The translations under genes and the position numbers were made by a program. Below, one piece after another: positions 19,158 to 28,823 of a DNA stretch of 64,000 nucleotides. Within the stretch, counting starts at the first letter, position 1. Each line of letters opens with the position of its first letter. The notes beneath the pieces were generated by a model that had not been told where the DNA came from, did no database searches, and saw only the letters and a program-made list of their open reading frames with translations. Source of the stretch: Pseudomonadota bacterium (GTDB lineage Bacteria; Pseudomonadota; Alphaproteobacteria; Sphingomonadales; CAKZYD01); contig JBMOOS010000030.1 of assembly GCA_049324415.1 (NCBI GenBank), positions 205,523 through 269,522 on the forward strand, written 5' to 3'.

Positions 19158-20615
19158 GTGCCCACCTTCGAACCCCGCCACCGCAAGGTCCGCATCATCG
19201 CCACCTTGGGCCCCGCCAGCGTCGCGCCGGAGATGATCCGCGCTTTATTCGAGGCCGGCGTCGATGTCTTCCGCATCAATATGAGCCATGGCGACTATGA
19301 GGACAAGGCGCGCGCCATCGCCGCGATTCGGGCGCTGGAGAAAAAGCTGGGCCGGCCGCAGACCATTTTAGCCGACCTGCAAGGCCCCAAGCTCAGGATT
19401 GGCCGCTTCGCTGATGGCCCCGTCGCCTTGAAGGAAGGGGCGCGCTTCGTCCTCGACCTTGACCCCAGCCCGGGGACGGCGAAAAGGGTCAATCTGCCAC
19501 ACCCGGAAATCTTCAGCGCGCTCAGCGACGGCGCCATATTGCTCCTTGACGATGGGCGGATCCGCCTTAAGGTTGAAAAATTGGAGGCCGGGCGCGCCAT
19601 CTCTAGGGTGGTGGTGGGGGGAACGCTCTCGGACCGCAAGGGGGTCAACGTGCCCGGCGCAGTGCTGCCCTTGGCCGCCTTGACGGAAAAGGACCGCCGC
19701 GACCTCGAATTCGCCCTCGAGCAAAAGGCCGATTGGATCGCCCTTTCCTTCGTGCAGCGGCCCGAGGATGTGGCGGAGGTGCGCAAGATCGTCGCCGGGC
19801 GGGCCGGGGTTCTCGCAAAAATCGAAAAACCGGCGGCGCTCACCCGCCTCGATGAAATCCTCGACCAGGCCGACGCCGTCATGGTGGCGCGCGGCGACCT
19901 TGGCGTCGAGCTCCCCATGCCGGAAGTGCCGCCGGTGCAAAAGGCGATCATCGCCGCCGCCCGCGCCCGCGGCAAGATGGTGGTGGTGGCGACGCAAATG
20001 CTCGAATCGATGGTTGCCAGCCCGGCGCCGACCAGGGCCGAGGTCTCGGACGTCGCCAATGCCGTCTATGAAGGGGCCGACGCGGTCATGCTGTCGGCGG
20101 AATCGGCGGTGGGCCAATACCCCGTCGAGGCAGTGCGGATGATGGACGCCATCGCCCGCCGCATCGAGAGCGACGCTGGCTATCACCGGCTGCGCGAGGA
20201 CGAGCACGCGGTGCCCGAGCGCACCGCCGAGGACGCCATCAGCGCGGCGGCGCGCCAGGTGGTCGCCACCGTCGGGGCAAAAGCGATCGTCACCTTCACC
20301 ACCTCCGGCTCGACCGCGCGGCGGGCGGCGCGGGAGCGGCCGGCGGTGCCGGTCATCGCCTTGACCCCCAAGCTGGAAACGGCGCGCCGGCTGGGCCTTG
20401 TCTGGGGCCTTCACTGCATCCACACCAAGGATGTTTCGAGTTTCGAGGAAATGGTCGGCAAGGCCAAGCGCATGGCCTTGCGCTCGCGGCTTGCTAGCGG
20501 CGGCGACCGCATCGTCATCACCGCCGGCGTGCCCTTCGGCACGCCGGGCTCGACCAATGTCCTTAAAATCACCTGGCTGCAGGGCAATGAGCTAGACCAG
20601 GCCAAAAGTGGCTAG
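19158..20615 (+). CDS. pyk: pyruvate kinase
   Basis: Motifs KVRIIATLGPAS, FRINMSHG, MVARGDLGVE and TQMLESM. The start is probably the in-frame GTG at 19158. The ORF-track start at 19047 would overlap the divergent gene. Confidence 0.9.
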   Translation: MPTFEPRHRKVRIIATLGPASVAPEMIRALFEAGVDVFRINMSHGDYEDKARAIAAIRALEKKLGRPQTILADLQGPKLRIGRFADGPVALKEGARFVLDLDPSPGTAKRVNLPHPEIFSALSDGAILLLDDGRIRLKVEKLEAGRAISRVVVGGTLSDRKGVNVPGAVLPLAALTEKDRRDLEFALEQKADWIALSFVQRPEDVAEVRKIVAGRAGVLAKIEKPAALTRLDEILDQADAVMVARGDLGVELPMPEVPPVQKAIIAAARARGKMVVVATQMLESMVASPAPTRAEVSDVANAVYEGADAVMLSAESAVGQYPVEAVRMMDAIARRIESDAGYHRLREDEHAVPERTAEDAISAAARQVVATVGAKAIVTFTTSGSTARRAARERPAVPVIALTPKLETARRLGLVWGLHCIHTKDVSSFEEMVGKAKRMALRSRLASGGDRIVITAGVPFGTPGSTNVLKITWLQGNELDQAKSG

Positions 20616-21203
20616 CGCCGCCTCCAGGGTTTCCGGGTCGGTAAACAGATGGGCATGGAAGCCCATGGCGGTAGCGGCGGCGACATTGGCTGTGCGGTCG
20701 TCGATGAAGAGCGTCTCGTGCGGCCGCGTGGCGAAGCGCGCGGCGGCGAGCGCGAAGATGCGCGGGTCCGGCTTGATCATGCCCACTTCGCCGGAGACCA
20801 GCACGTCGCGGAAAAGCGCCATGAACGGGTAGCGGCGGGCAAATTCCGGATAGGTCTCGGCGGAAAAATTGGTGAGCGCGTAAAGCGCCGTCCCTTGGGC
20901 GTGCAAGCGCTTCAGCAGCGCGACGCTGCCGTCGATGACCGGTCCGATGGTCTCGAACCAGCGGGACTGAAAAAGAGCGATGAGCGCGCCATAGTGGGGA
21001 TAAGCGGCGGTCCGCTGGCGCACCCCTTCCGCCATCGGCAGCCCGGCATCGTGCGCGCTGTGCCAGTCGAGGGTGACGACATGGGCCAGCAAATCCTCAA
21101 GGACCGCGGGATCGGCGACTACTTTTTCGTAAAGATAACGGGGATCCCAGCGGACCAGCACATTGCCGATATCGAAGATGACGGCGGTGGGCACGGCGGA
21201 CAT
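20592..21203 (-). CDS. HAD-superfamily hydrolase (subfamily IA)
   Basis: 203-aa ORF. N-terminal motif VIFDIGNVL, a distal FIDDR motif and an intervening cap region. Convergent with pyk, with a 24-nt overlap. Confidence 0.7.
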   Translation of the reverse strand: MSAVPTAVIFDIGNVLVRWDPRYLYEKVVADPAVLEDLLAHVVTLDWHSAHDAGLPMAEGVRQRTAAYPHYGALIALFQSRWFETIGPVIDGSVALLKRLHAQGTALYALTNFSAETYPEFARRYPFMALFRDVLVSGEVGMIKPDPRIFALAAARFATRPHETLFIDDRTANVAAATAMGFHAHLFTDPETLEAALATFGLV

Positions 21204-21279
21204 GGGGCAGCCTTGATAAAAAGCAATGGCCGCGCCAGTCGTTTACCAGCGCGGCCAACCTGAACCCTAAAGGCCTGCT

Positions 21280-21405
21280 TTAGCCCTGGCGGGCCTTGAA
21301 GCGCCGATTGGTCTTGTTGATCACATAGACCCGGCCTTTACGCCGGATCACGCGGCAGTCGCGATGCCGGTTCTTGAGCGATTTCAACGAGTTCTTGATC
21401 TTCAT
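21280..21405 (-). CDS. rpmJ: 50S ribosomal protein L36
   Basis: Not in the ORF track because it is under 60 aa. My own translation is [41 protein letters not shown], followed by TAA. A GGAGG motif lies upstream of the ATG at 21405. Confidence 0.9.
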   Translation of the reverse strand: MKIKNSLKSLKNRHRDCRVIRRKGRVYVINKTNRRFKARQG

Positions 21406-21582
21406 GTCCCGCCTCCAGGCAGACCTAACATCCGCCCCAAGGCGGACGACGAATTTCACGAGCGGCGCACCCTAGGGAGCCGGCCCTACCCTGTCAATTG
21501 AAATATGCATGCGAAACGTGCAGGCGCACGTCGCGCGACGGCGGCATCGATGCAAGAAGCCGACACCGGTCGGCGGCAAGGG

Positions 21583-21954
21583 CTATTCCAGCTTCCAGGT
21601 GAGCGGCAGAACCAGGGTGATGCCTTCCGGGGTCGGCGGCGCCGGCAAGGGGTTGATCTTGGTCATCAGCTTTTCCACTTCCTGATCGAGCACGGCATGC
21701 TCGGTGGACTGGACCAGCTCGTAACTGGCGATGGTGCCGCTGCCGTCGACCACCACCTTGACTTGCGCGCTGCCTTCGATGCGGCGCACTTGCGCCGAAC
21801 GGGGGTAGCCTTGATTCTTGCCCACCAGCTGGGCCACCTTGCGTTTCCAGTCATCCATATCGTCGGCCGCCGCCGGCTTGGCGGACACCGAGGATAAAGC
21901 CAATGCGGTCGCCACCAAGGCTGCCGGCACCCAGGTACCCTTGCGAACGTTCAT
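21583..21954 (-). CDS. secreted TonB C-terminal-domain protein
   Basis: 123 aa with signal peptide MNVRKGTWVPAALVATALALSSVSA. TonB_C-like core YPRSAQVRRIEGSAQVKVVVDGSGTI. Confidence 0.65.
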   Translation of the reverse strand: MNVRKGTWVPAALVATALALSSVSAKPAAADDMDDWKRKVAQLVGKNQGYPRSAQVRRIEGSAQVKVVVDGSGTIASYELVQSTEHAVLDQEVEKLMTKINPLPAPPTPEGITLVLPLTWKLE

Positions 21955-22276
21955 GAGTTGCTCCTAATTCTTATCTCGTTCTTGTTTGTCGCCCTTAACC
22001 TTAACCGGCGCTTGATGATGAAAGCCGGCACAACGCGCCGGACGACGGCAAGGCCGGTTGTCGCAGCGCGTAGAGGCAAATGTGGCGCCGCGACTGTAAA
22101 AGGACTGCTAATATGCGGGCGGAATTTGATTTTAATTTTAGATAGGAAGGGGTCTTTTAGCCTGCGTCCGTTCCATTATGGGACAGGGGCATGCTGGAAA
22201 GCGTGGCTTTTGCGTCACGATGCGGGGAATGGCACAGTGAGGGCAAAGGTGGATTCGGCTGAGCCAGGGCAAAGAC

Positions 22277-23038
22277 GTGCGCCGTGTCATTGAAAAATTA
22301 CGGGCCAAGCGGGCGGCTGCCTTGCAGGCAGCGCCGGCTAAGGTTCCACCGGGGCTCAGGATCTACGCCATCGGCGATATCCACGGCCGGGACGATTTGC
22401 TGGCGCGCCTTTTGGCGATGATCGCCGCCGATGCCGCCGGCTGGCGGGGCGCTCTTGCCCATGTTTTCATCGGCGATTATGTGGACCGCGGGGGCCAATC
22501 GGCGGCGGTGCTCGACCGCCTCATCGCCTTGAGTAAGGCGCCCTCCTGGCAGCCGTGTTTTCTCATGGGCAATCACGAGCAGGCGATGCTCGACTTTCTC
22601 GCCGACGCGCCCGAGGCCATGGCCTGGCTCGATTATGGCGGGCGCGAGACCTTGGCGAGCTATGGCGTCGAAATGCCGGAAGGGTGGGGGCTTGCGGCGC
22701 TGCGTCAGGCCTTGCGGGCGGCCTTGCCCCCGGCGCATCTGCGCTTCCTCAAGAACCTTGTCTACAGCCATCAAGCAGGCGATTATTTCTTTTGCCATGC
22801 CGGGGTGCGGCCGGGCATCGCGCTCGCCGCCCAAGACCTTGACGACCTTCTCTGGATTCGCGAGCCCTTCCTTTCAAGTGGCGCCGACCATGGCAAGGTG
22901 GTGGTCCATGGCCACACCATCGCCGACCAGCCGGTGGTGCGCGCCAACCGCATCGGCATCGACACCGGCGCTTATATGAGCGGGCGGCTCACCGCCGTGG
23001 TGCTGGAAGGCACGCGCCAGCGCTTTTTAAGCACCTAA
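22277..23038 (+). CDS. metallophosphoesterase (PrpA/ApaH-like Ser/Thr phosphatase)
   Basis: Calcineurin-like motifs GDIHGR, GDYVDRG, GNHE and VHGHT. GTG start at 22277. Confidence 0.75.
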   Translation: MRRVIEKLRAKRAAALQAAPAKVPPGLRIYAIGDIHGRDDLLARLLAMIAADAAGWRGALAHVFIGDYVDRGGQSAAVLDRLIALSKAPSWQPCFLMGNHEQAMLDFLADAPEAMAWLDYGGRETLASYGVEMPEGWGLAALRQALRAALPPAHLRFLKNLVYSHQAGDYFFCHAGVRPGIALAAQDLDDLLWIREPFLSSGADHGKVVVHGHTIADQPVVRANRIGIDTGAYMSGRLTAVVLEGTRQRFLST

Positions 23039-23045
23039 TGGATTT

Positions 23046-24407
23046 TCAAACACTCACCATCAGATGGCGCACTTCCCAAGGGGAGAGGACGCTTGAATAG
23101 TCGAGATATTCCGCCTGCTTGATGCTGATGAAGATGTCGATGAAGGGATCTCCCAAAATCTCCCGCAAGGGGGCGCAGCGGTCCAGCAGGCGCAAGCCTT
23201 CAAGATAATGCTTGGGCAAGGCGTCGGAATTTTCCTCATAGCCCTTATTCGTCGTCTCCGGGGTCGGCTCGGCCTTTTCCATCATCCCGAGATAGCCGCA
23301 GACCAGCGAGGCGGCGATGGCGAGATAGGGGTTGACGTCGGAGCCGGCGAGGCGGTTTTCCACCCGCCGGCCGCGCGGGTCGGAACGGGGGACGCGCAAG
23401 CCGACGGTGCGGTTCTCCCGCCCCCAGCGGACATTGGTGGGGGCCGACATGCCGGAAACGAAGCGGCGATAGGAATTCACGAAGGGCGCCATCAGCGGCA
23501 TCGCTTGCGGGAGGTATTTCTGCAAGCCGCCGATATAATGCTTGAACAACGCGGAATCGGCGCCGTCTTCATCGGCGAAGATGTTGCGGCCGGTGGCGAT
23601 GTCGATGACGCTCTGGTGGATGTGCATGGCGCTGCCCACGTCCTCGGGGTAGGGCTTGGCCATGAAGGAAGCGAACATGTCGTGCTGCATCGCCACCTGG
23701 CGCACCAGGCGCTTGAACTGGAAGGACTGGTCGGCGACGGCGAGCGCCGGGCCGTGCATGATGTTGATTTCGTACTGCGCCGCGCCTTCCTCCTGGATGA
23801 TGGTGGCGATGTCGATTTCCTGCAGCTCGCAATAGGCGTAAAGCTTGTCAAACAGGGGGCCGAACTCATCGACCCCGTCGATCGAATAAGGTTCCTGGCC
23901 GAACTCCTGCCGCCCCGAACGGCCGGTGGGCGGGCGCGGGGTCTCGACCGAGCGGGAGAATTTGGCGATGAGGTAGAATTCGAATTCCGGGGCGACGATG
24001 GGGCGCCAGCCCTGGCGCTCGTAAAGGGCCACCACATGGCGCAGAAGCTGGCGCGGGGCGTAGCTCGCCGGCCTGTCGTCCTCGCCCACCACGTCGCACA
24101 ACACCGAGGCCGTGGGGTCGGCCTGCCACGGGGTCGGGCGCAAGGTGTCAAGGTCGGGAACCAGGCGCAGGTCCTTTTCCGTTTCCGCGATATGGCGGTT
24201 GAAAATAATCTCGCCATGGACGGTGACGGCAAGCACCGATTCCGGAATCCACAGCTCCCGCGAGGCGAGGGCGTCGACGAACTGGCGGCGCGGCAGGGAT
24301 TTGCCCCGGCCCAGCCCCGCCATGTCGGGGACGATGCATTCGATGTCGTCGATCTGCCGCTCGGTGAGCCAAGCGCGGATATCCTCGATGGGCGGCCTCA
24401 TGCGCAT
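23046..24407 (-). CDS. glutamine synthetase family protein (gamma-glutamylpolyamine synthetase, PuuA/PauA-like), paralog 1
   Basis: GS catalytic domain (GSAMHIHQSV, NRTVGLRVP). ATG 24407 sits behind AAGGA; GTG 24431 is the alternative start. Confidence 0.85.
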   Translation of the reverse strand: MRMRPPIEDIRAWLTERQIDDIECIVPDMAGLGRGKSLPRRQFVDALASRELWIPESVLAVTVHGEIIFNRHIAETEKDLRLVPDLDTLRPTPWQADPTASVLCDVVGEDDRPASYAPRQLLRHVVALYERQGWRPIVAPEFEFYLIAKFSRSVETPRPPTGRSGRQEFGQEPYSIDGVDEFGPLFDKLYAYCELQEIDIATIIQEEGAAQYEINIMHGPALAVADQSFQFKRLVRQVAMQHDMFASFMAKPYPEDVGSAMHIHQSVIDIATGRNIFADEDGADSALFKHYIGGLQKYLPQAMPLMAPFVNSYRRFVSGMSAPTNVRWGRENRTVGLRVPRSDPRGRRVENRLAGSDVNPYLAIAASLVCGYLGMMEKAEPTPETTNKGYEENSDALPKHYLEGLRLLDRCAPLREILGDPFIDIFISIKQAEYLDYSSVLSPWEVRHLMVSV

Positions 24408-24431
24408 GGGGGTTTTCCTTAAAGATGCCAC

Positions 24432-25784
24432 TTAAAGATACCAGCGGTGCTCCAGCGGCGGAATGGGGCGGCGCAGCTTGGCGAGCTCGCGCCGCTTGGC
24501 ATCGACATAATAGCCGACATAATCCGCCATGACGTTGGCAAGGATGTCGCCCGCCGCCATGCGGCCAAGGGCGGCGTCGAAGTCGAAGGGCAAGTCGGGG
24601 TCGAGCGCGGCGCTGGCGTTGCCGGTCATCGGCGGGCCTGGGTCGAGCGCGCCGTCAAGGCCGTGGAGCACGCCGGCGATGATGGCGGCGAGGGCAAGAT
24701 AGGGGTTGGCGTCGGCCGCGCCGAAGCGGTGCTCGATGCGCTGGGCGGCCGGGCTTCCCAGGATCGCCCGAAAAGCAACCGACCGGTTGCCGATGCCCCA
24801 GTGCCGGTTGACGGGCACGAAAAGATTGGCGCCATAGCGGCGATAGGCGTTGCGGTTGGGGGCGAAGATGGCCACCGATTCGGCCAAGGCCGCCTGCAGG
24901 CCGCCGATGGCGTGGCGCATCACGGCGCTCATCCCGTCCTTGGCGTAAAAGACATTGCCGCCATTCCGATGGCCAAGCGAGAGGTTGACGTGCATGCCGT
25001 TGCCGGCATCATCGAGATAGGGCTTGGCCATGAAGGTGGCCTTAAGCCCATGGCGCGCCGCCGCGCCCCTCACCGCGCGGCGCAACAGCAGGCACTGGTC
25101 GGCGGCGGCAAGGGCGTCGTCATGGTGTAAAAGATTGGCCTCGAACTGGCCAAGGCCATATTCGGTGGAGGCGACGGTGACCGGCAGCCCCTGGACCTCG
25201 CAGGCGGCAAGGATATCCTCGATGACCGGCTCGAAATCGGCGAGGAGGTCCATGCCATAGACCTGGTGCTGGTCGTGGCGCACGGCGCTGCGCCGTCCCT
25301 TGGGCGGCAGGGGCGTGCCGTCCCGCCCGACTCGCGCTTCCATGAGGTAGAATTCGATCTCGAAGGCGACGACGGCGCGAAGGCCGCGCCTTTGCAAGGC
25401 CGCCAGCGCCTTGCCGGCGATGACCCGGGGGTCGAGGTTGGGCAAGCCCGGAGGATCCGCCGCCATGCTGAGGAGGAATTGCGCCGCCGGCTTTTCCAGC
25501 CAGGGAATGGGGCAAAGGGTCCCCGGCACCACCTGGGCAAGGGCATCGGGGTCGCCGTCGGAAAAGCCGCGGCCGCCAGCGTCGAGCACCGCGCCGGTCA
25601 CATCCATGAGAAAGGTCGAGTTGGAGACCTGCGCGCCGTGGGCAAAGACCTGCTGGGCGGCGGCGCGAGTGTAGCGCTTGCCCCGGGCGTGCCCGGAAAG
25701 GTCGAAGACGAAGCCGTCGAAGCGTTCGATCTTAGGGTGGGCGGCGATAAAGTCGGCAAATTCCTGCGCTGTTGAGCGGGTCAT
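24432..25784 (-). CDS. glutamine synthetase family protein (PuuA/PauA-like), paralog 2
   Basis: GS catalytic domain (GNGMHVNLSL, NRSVAFR). The start overlaps the puuB stop (GTGATGA context). Confidence 0.85.
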   Translation of the reverse strand: MTRSTAQEFADFIAAHPKIERFDGFVFDLSGHARGKRYTRAAAQQVFAHGAQVSNSTFLMDVTGAVLDAGGRGFSDGDPDALAQVVPGTLCPIPWLEKPAAQFLLSMAADPPGLPNLDPRVIAGKALAALQRRGLRAVVAFEIEFYLMEARVGRDGTPLPPKGRRSAVRHDQHQVYGMDLLADFEPVIEDILAACEVQGLPVTVASTEYGLGQFEANLLHHDDALAAADQCLLLRRAVRGAAARHGLKATFMAKPYLDDAGNGMHVNLSLGHRNGGNVFYAKDGMSAVMRHAIGGLQAALAESVAIFAPNRNAYRRYGANLFVPVNRHWGIGNRSVAFRAILGSPAAQRIEHRFGAADANPYLALAAIIAGVLHGLDGALDPGPPMTGNASAALDPDLPFDFDAALGRMAAGDILANVMADYVGYYVDAKRRELAKLRRPIPPLEHRWYL

Positions 25785-27067
25785 CACAAGCGGTCCTTCA
25801 AGCCGTAATAGAGCATGCCAAGAATAAAGCCCGGGGCGCGCAACAAGGTGCCCCCGGGAAAGCGCGGCGTCGGCAACGCCGACAAGACATCGAACCGTTC
25901 CGCGGTTCCGGCCACCGCCTCGGCGATCAGCTTGCCGGCCATGGTCGCCATCGCGACGCCATGGCCGGAATAACCATGGGCGAACAGAATATGGGGGGCG
26001 AGGCGGCCGAAGTGCGGCATCCTCTTCACCGTCACCGCGAGGGTGCCGCCCCAGCCATAGTCGATGCGCGTGCCCTTAAGCTGGGGGAAAACCCGCAGCA
26101 TGACGGGGCGGACGAAGTCGATGATATCGCGGCGAAGCTGGCGGCGATAGCTTTCGCCGCCGCCGAAAAGGAGGCGCTTGTCGGCGCTGAGGCGGAAATA
26201 GTCGATGATGAACTTGGTGTCGGCGACCGCCACGTCGTTGGGGATGAGGGCATGGGCGCGGGCCTCGCCCAAGGGCTCGGTGGCGATGATGTAATTGTGG
26301 ATCGGCATGATATGGCCGGCGATCCATGGCTCGAGGCCTTCGAGATAGGCGTTGCCGGCAAGCACCACATAGTCGGCCTTGACCTGGCCGGAGAGGGTGC
26401 GCACCGTCGCCGGCGCCGCCCGGTCATAGCTATGCGCCCGGGAGCGTTCGTAAATCCGCACGCCCAGCGCTTGCGCCGCCCGGGCAAGGCCGAGGGCGAA
26501 ATTCAACGGGTGAAGATGCGCCGCGCCCTCATCCAGCCAACCGCCGTGATAGACCTCGCTGCCGATATGGTCGGCAAGCTCTTCCCGGCGCAACGGCGTC
26601 ACCGCGTCATAACCATAGTCGCGGGCAAGCTTTTCCGCCATCGCAAAGCACCAGGGGACGAGCGCGGGCTTGTGGGCGACATGCAGGATGCCCGGCTTCA
26701 AGTCGCAAGGAATTTGGTGCCGCTCAATGAGGCTTTTCACCGTCGCCTTGGCGTCCTCGGCGATGTCCCACAACTGGTGGGCGATAGTCTTGCCATAGCG
26801 CGCTTCGAGGGCCTCCTGGTCCTTGCGCTGGCCGCTTCCCACCTGGCCGCCATTGCGCCCCGAGGCGCCCCAGCCGATGCGCTTGGCCTCGAGGACGACC
26901 ACCTCATAGCCCCGCTCGGCGAGATGAAGCGCGGCGGAAAGCCCGGTATAGCCGGCGCCGATGACGCAGATATCGGCGCGCGCCTCGCCTTCTAGGCGCG
27001 GCTGGCTCTCAAGGCCGATGGCGCTCGACACATAATAGCTGTCGGGATGGCCGCCGTCGGGCTGCAT
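25784..27067 (-). CDS. puuB: FAD-dependent oxidoreductase (gamma-glutamylputrescine oxidase PuuB/PauB-like)
   Basis: DAO-family protein with dinucleotide fold ICVIGAGYTGLSAALHLAERG. Embedded in the polyamine cluster. Confidence 0.8.
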   Translation of the reverse strand: MQPDGGHPDSYYVSSAIGLESQPRLEGEARADICVIGAGYTGLSAALHLAERGYEVVVLEAKRIGWGASGRNGGQVGSGQRKDQEALEARYGKTIAHQLWDIAEDAKATVKSLIERHQIPCDLKPGILHVAHKPALVPWCFAMAEKLARDYGYDAVTPLRREELADHIGSEVYHGGWLDEGAAHLHPLNFALGLARAAQALGVRIYERSRAHSYDRAAPATVRTLSGQVKADYVVLAGNAYLEGLEPWIAGHIMPIHNYIIATEPLGEARAHALIPNDVAVADTKFIIDYFRLSADKRLLFGGGESYRRQLRRDIIDFVRPVMLRVFPQLKGTRIDYGWGGTLAVTVKRMPHFGRLAPHILFAHGYSGHGVAMATMAGKLIAEAVAGTAERFDVLSALPTPRFPGGTLLRAPGFILGMLYYGLKDRL

Positions 27068-27072
27068 GGGGC

Positions 27073-27897
27073 TTACTCCGGCGCCTGCGCGCCGGCGGCC
27101 TTGCCGCGCTGGCGGGCAATGAAAAGCGAGGCGATGACGGCGAGCGCGACGGCGGCGATGAGCAGGGTGGCGAGCGCGTTGATTTCCGGGGAAAGGCCCA
27201 GCCGGACCTTGGAGAAAATCACCATCGGCAAGGTGGAGGCGCCGGGGCCGGAGACGAAGCTCGCGATCACCAGGTCATCGAGCGACAAGGTGAAAGCAAG
27301 GAGCCAGCCGGCGACCAGCGCCGGCAGGACCATGGGCACGGTGATGGTGAGGAAGACCTTCCACGGCCGCGCCCCGAGGTCGAGCGCCGCCTCCTCGATG
27401 GAGCGGTCGATGCGCGCCAGCCGCGCCTGGACGACGACGGCGACGAAGGCCATGGCGAAGGTGATGTGGGCGATGGTCACCGTCATCGCGCCGCGCCGCG
27501 CCGGCCAGCCCAAGCTATCGCCCAGGGCGACGAACAAAAGGAGAAGGGAAAGCCCGGTGATGACCTCGGGGATGACGAGAGGCGCCGCCACCATGCCGGC
27601 AAAAAGGGTGCGGCCGCGAAAGCGGGTGAAGCGCACCAGGATGAAGGCGGCCATCAGCCCGAGGATGGTCGCGAGGGTGGCGGTCACCGTGGCGATCTTG
27701 AGGGAAAGGAAGGCGGCGTCCAGTATCTGGTCGTTGCGCAGCAGCGCCGCGTACCAGCGGGTGGAAAAGCCTTCCCATACCGTCACCCGGTCGGACGCGT
27801 TGAAGGAATAGCCGATAAGAACGGCGATCGGCAGGTAAAGAAAAGCATAGCCGAAGGCGAGCGCGGTGATGAGGACCGGGGAAAGGCGCTTGCCCAT
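27073..27897 (-). CDS. potC: polyamine ABC transporter permease (PotC/PotI-like)
   Basis: 274 aa starting at ATG 27897 (MGKRLSPVLITALAFGYAFLYLP). Binding-protein-dependent permease fold. The listed 566-aa ORF (27073..28773) is an artefactual upstream extension running out of frame over potB. Confidence 0.85.
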   Translation of the reverse strand: MGKRLSPVLITALAFGYAFLYLPIAVLIGYSFNASDRVTVWEGFSTRWYAALLRNDQILDAAFLSLKIATVTATLATILGLMAAFILVRFTRFRGRTLFAGMVAAPLVIPEVITGLSLLLLFVALGDSLGWPARRGAMTVTIAHITFAMAFVAVVVQARLARIDRSIEEAALDLGARPWKVFLTITVPMVLPALVAGWLLAFTLSLDDLVIASFVSGPGASTLPMVIFSKVRLGLSPEINALATLLIAAVALAVIASLFIARQRGKAAGAQAPE

Positions 27898-27899
27898 CT

Positions 27900-28823
27900 C
27901 TAGCCCTCCCGCGTGCGCGCTTGCGCCCATTGGAAGGCGATGATGGGGATAAGGAGAAGAATGAGAATGACCACCGCCACGGCGGAGGCCATCGGCCAGT
28001 CGCGGTTGGCGAAAAACTCGTTCCACAGGGTGCGGCCGATCATGATGCTTTCCGGGCCGCCCAAAAGCTCGGGGATGACGAACTCGCCGATCGCCGGGAT
28101 GAACACCAGCATGGCGCCGGCGATAACGCCGGGTAGGGACAGCGGCAGGGTGATCCGCAAAAAGGCCTGCCACGGCCGGGAGCCAAGGTCGAGCGCCGCC
28201 TCGATGAGAGAGAAATCGAGGCGCGCCAATTGCGCGTAAAGCGGCAGGATCATGAAGGGAAGATAGGAATAGACGATCCCCAGATAGACCGCCCAGTCGC
28301 TGTAGAGGATCGCTAAAGGCCGGTCGATGACGCCCAGCGCCATCAGGGCGGCGTTGAGGATGCCGCCGCCTTGCAGCAGCACCTTCCAGGCATAGACGCG
28401 GATGAGGAAGGAAGTCCAGAAGGGGAGGATGACGAGAGTGAGGAGCACCGCTTGCGCGTGACCCTTGGCGCGGGCGAGGCCATAGGCCATGGGATAGCCG
28501 ATGATGAGGCATAGCACGGTCGAGAGGGCGGCGATCTTGAGCGAGCGCAGGTAAGCCACGAAATAGAGCGCGTCCTCGACAATGAACTGATAGGAAAAGA
28601 AGGAAAGGCTGAGGGTGAGCGTGCCGTCCCCGGTCCAACTGGCGACCGGCGCATAGGGCGGCCGGGCGATGAGGGCCTCGGAGAGGGAAATCTTGAAGAC
28701 GAACAGAAACGGCACCAGGAAAAAGAGGGCGAGCCACAAAAAAGGGACAGCGATGAAGAAGTGCCGGCCCCAATGCGTGCTGGCAAGGGTGCGGGCAAGC
28801 CGTGCTGTAAGGGCGCGGTTCAT
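27900..28823 (-). CDS. potB: polyamine ABC transporter permease (PotB/PotH-like)
   Basis: ATG 28823 overlaps the potA stop (ATGA). Multi-transmembrane permease sequence. Confidence 0.85.
   Translation of the reverse strand: MNRALTARLARTLASTHWGRHFFIAVPFLWLALFFLVPFLFVFKISLSEALIARPPYAPVASWTGDGTLTLSLSFFSYQFIVEDALYFVAYLRSLKIAALSTVLCLIIGYPMAYGLARAKGHAQAVLLTLVILPFWTSFLIRVYAWKVLLQGGGILNAALMALGVIDRPLAILYSDWAVYLGIVYSYLPFMILPLYAQLARLDFSLIEAALDLGSRPWQAFLRITLPLSLPGVIAGAMLVFIPAIGEFVIPELLGGPESIMIGRTLWNEFFANRDWPMASAVAVVILILLLIPIIAFQWAQARTREG

Noticed and set aside
21958-22293. 111-aa ORF and a possible sRNA in the AT-rich 320-bp region between the TonB-C gene and the phosphatase gene.
   Set aside because: The ORF has no RBS or recognisable family and an odd composition. 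I could not identify any known RNA family by eye. The region is most simply a divergent promoter region.
27073-28773. 566-aa ORF that appears to fuse potC with about 290 upstream residues.
   Set aside because: The upstream part runs out of frame over potB and is Pro/Arg/His-rich nonsense. A proper ATG at 27897, sitting 2 nt after the potB stop codon, gives a normal 274-aa permease.
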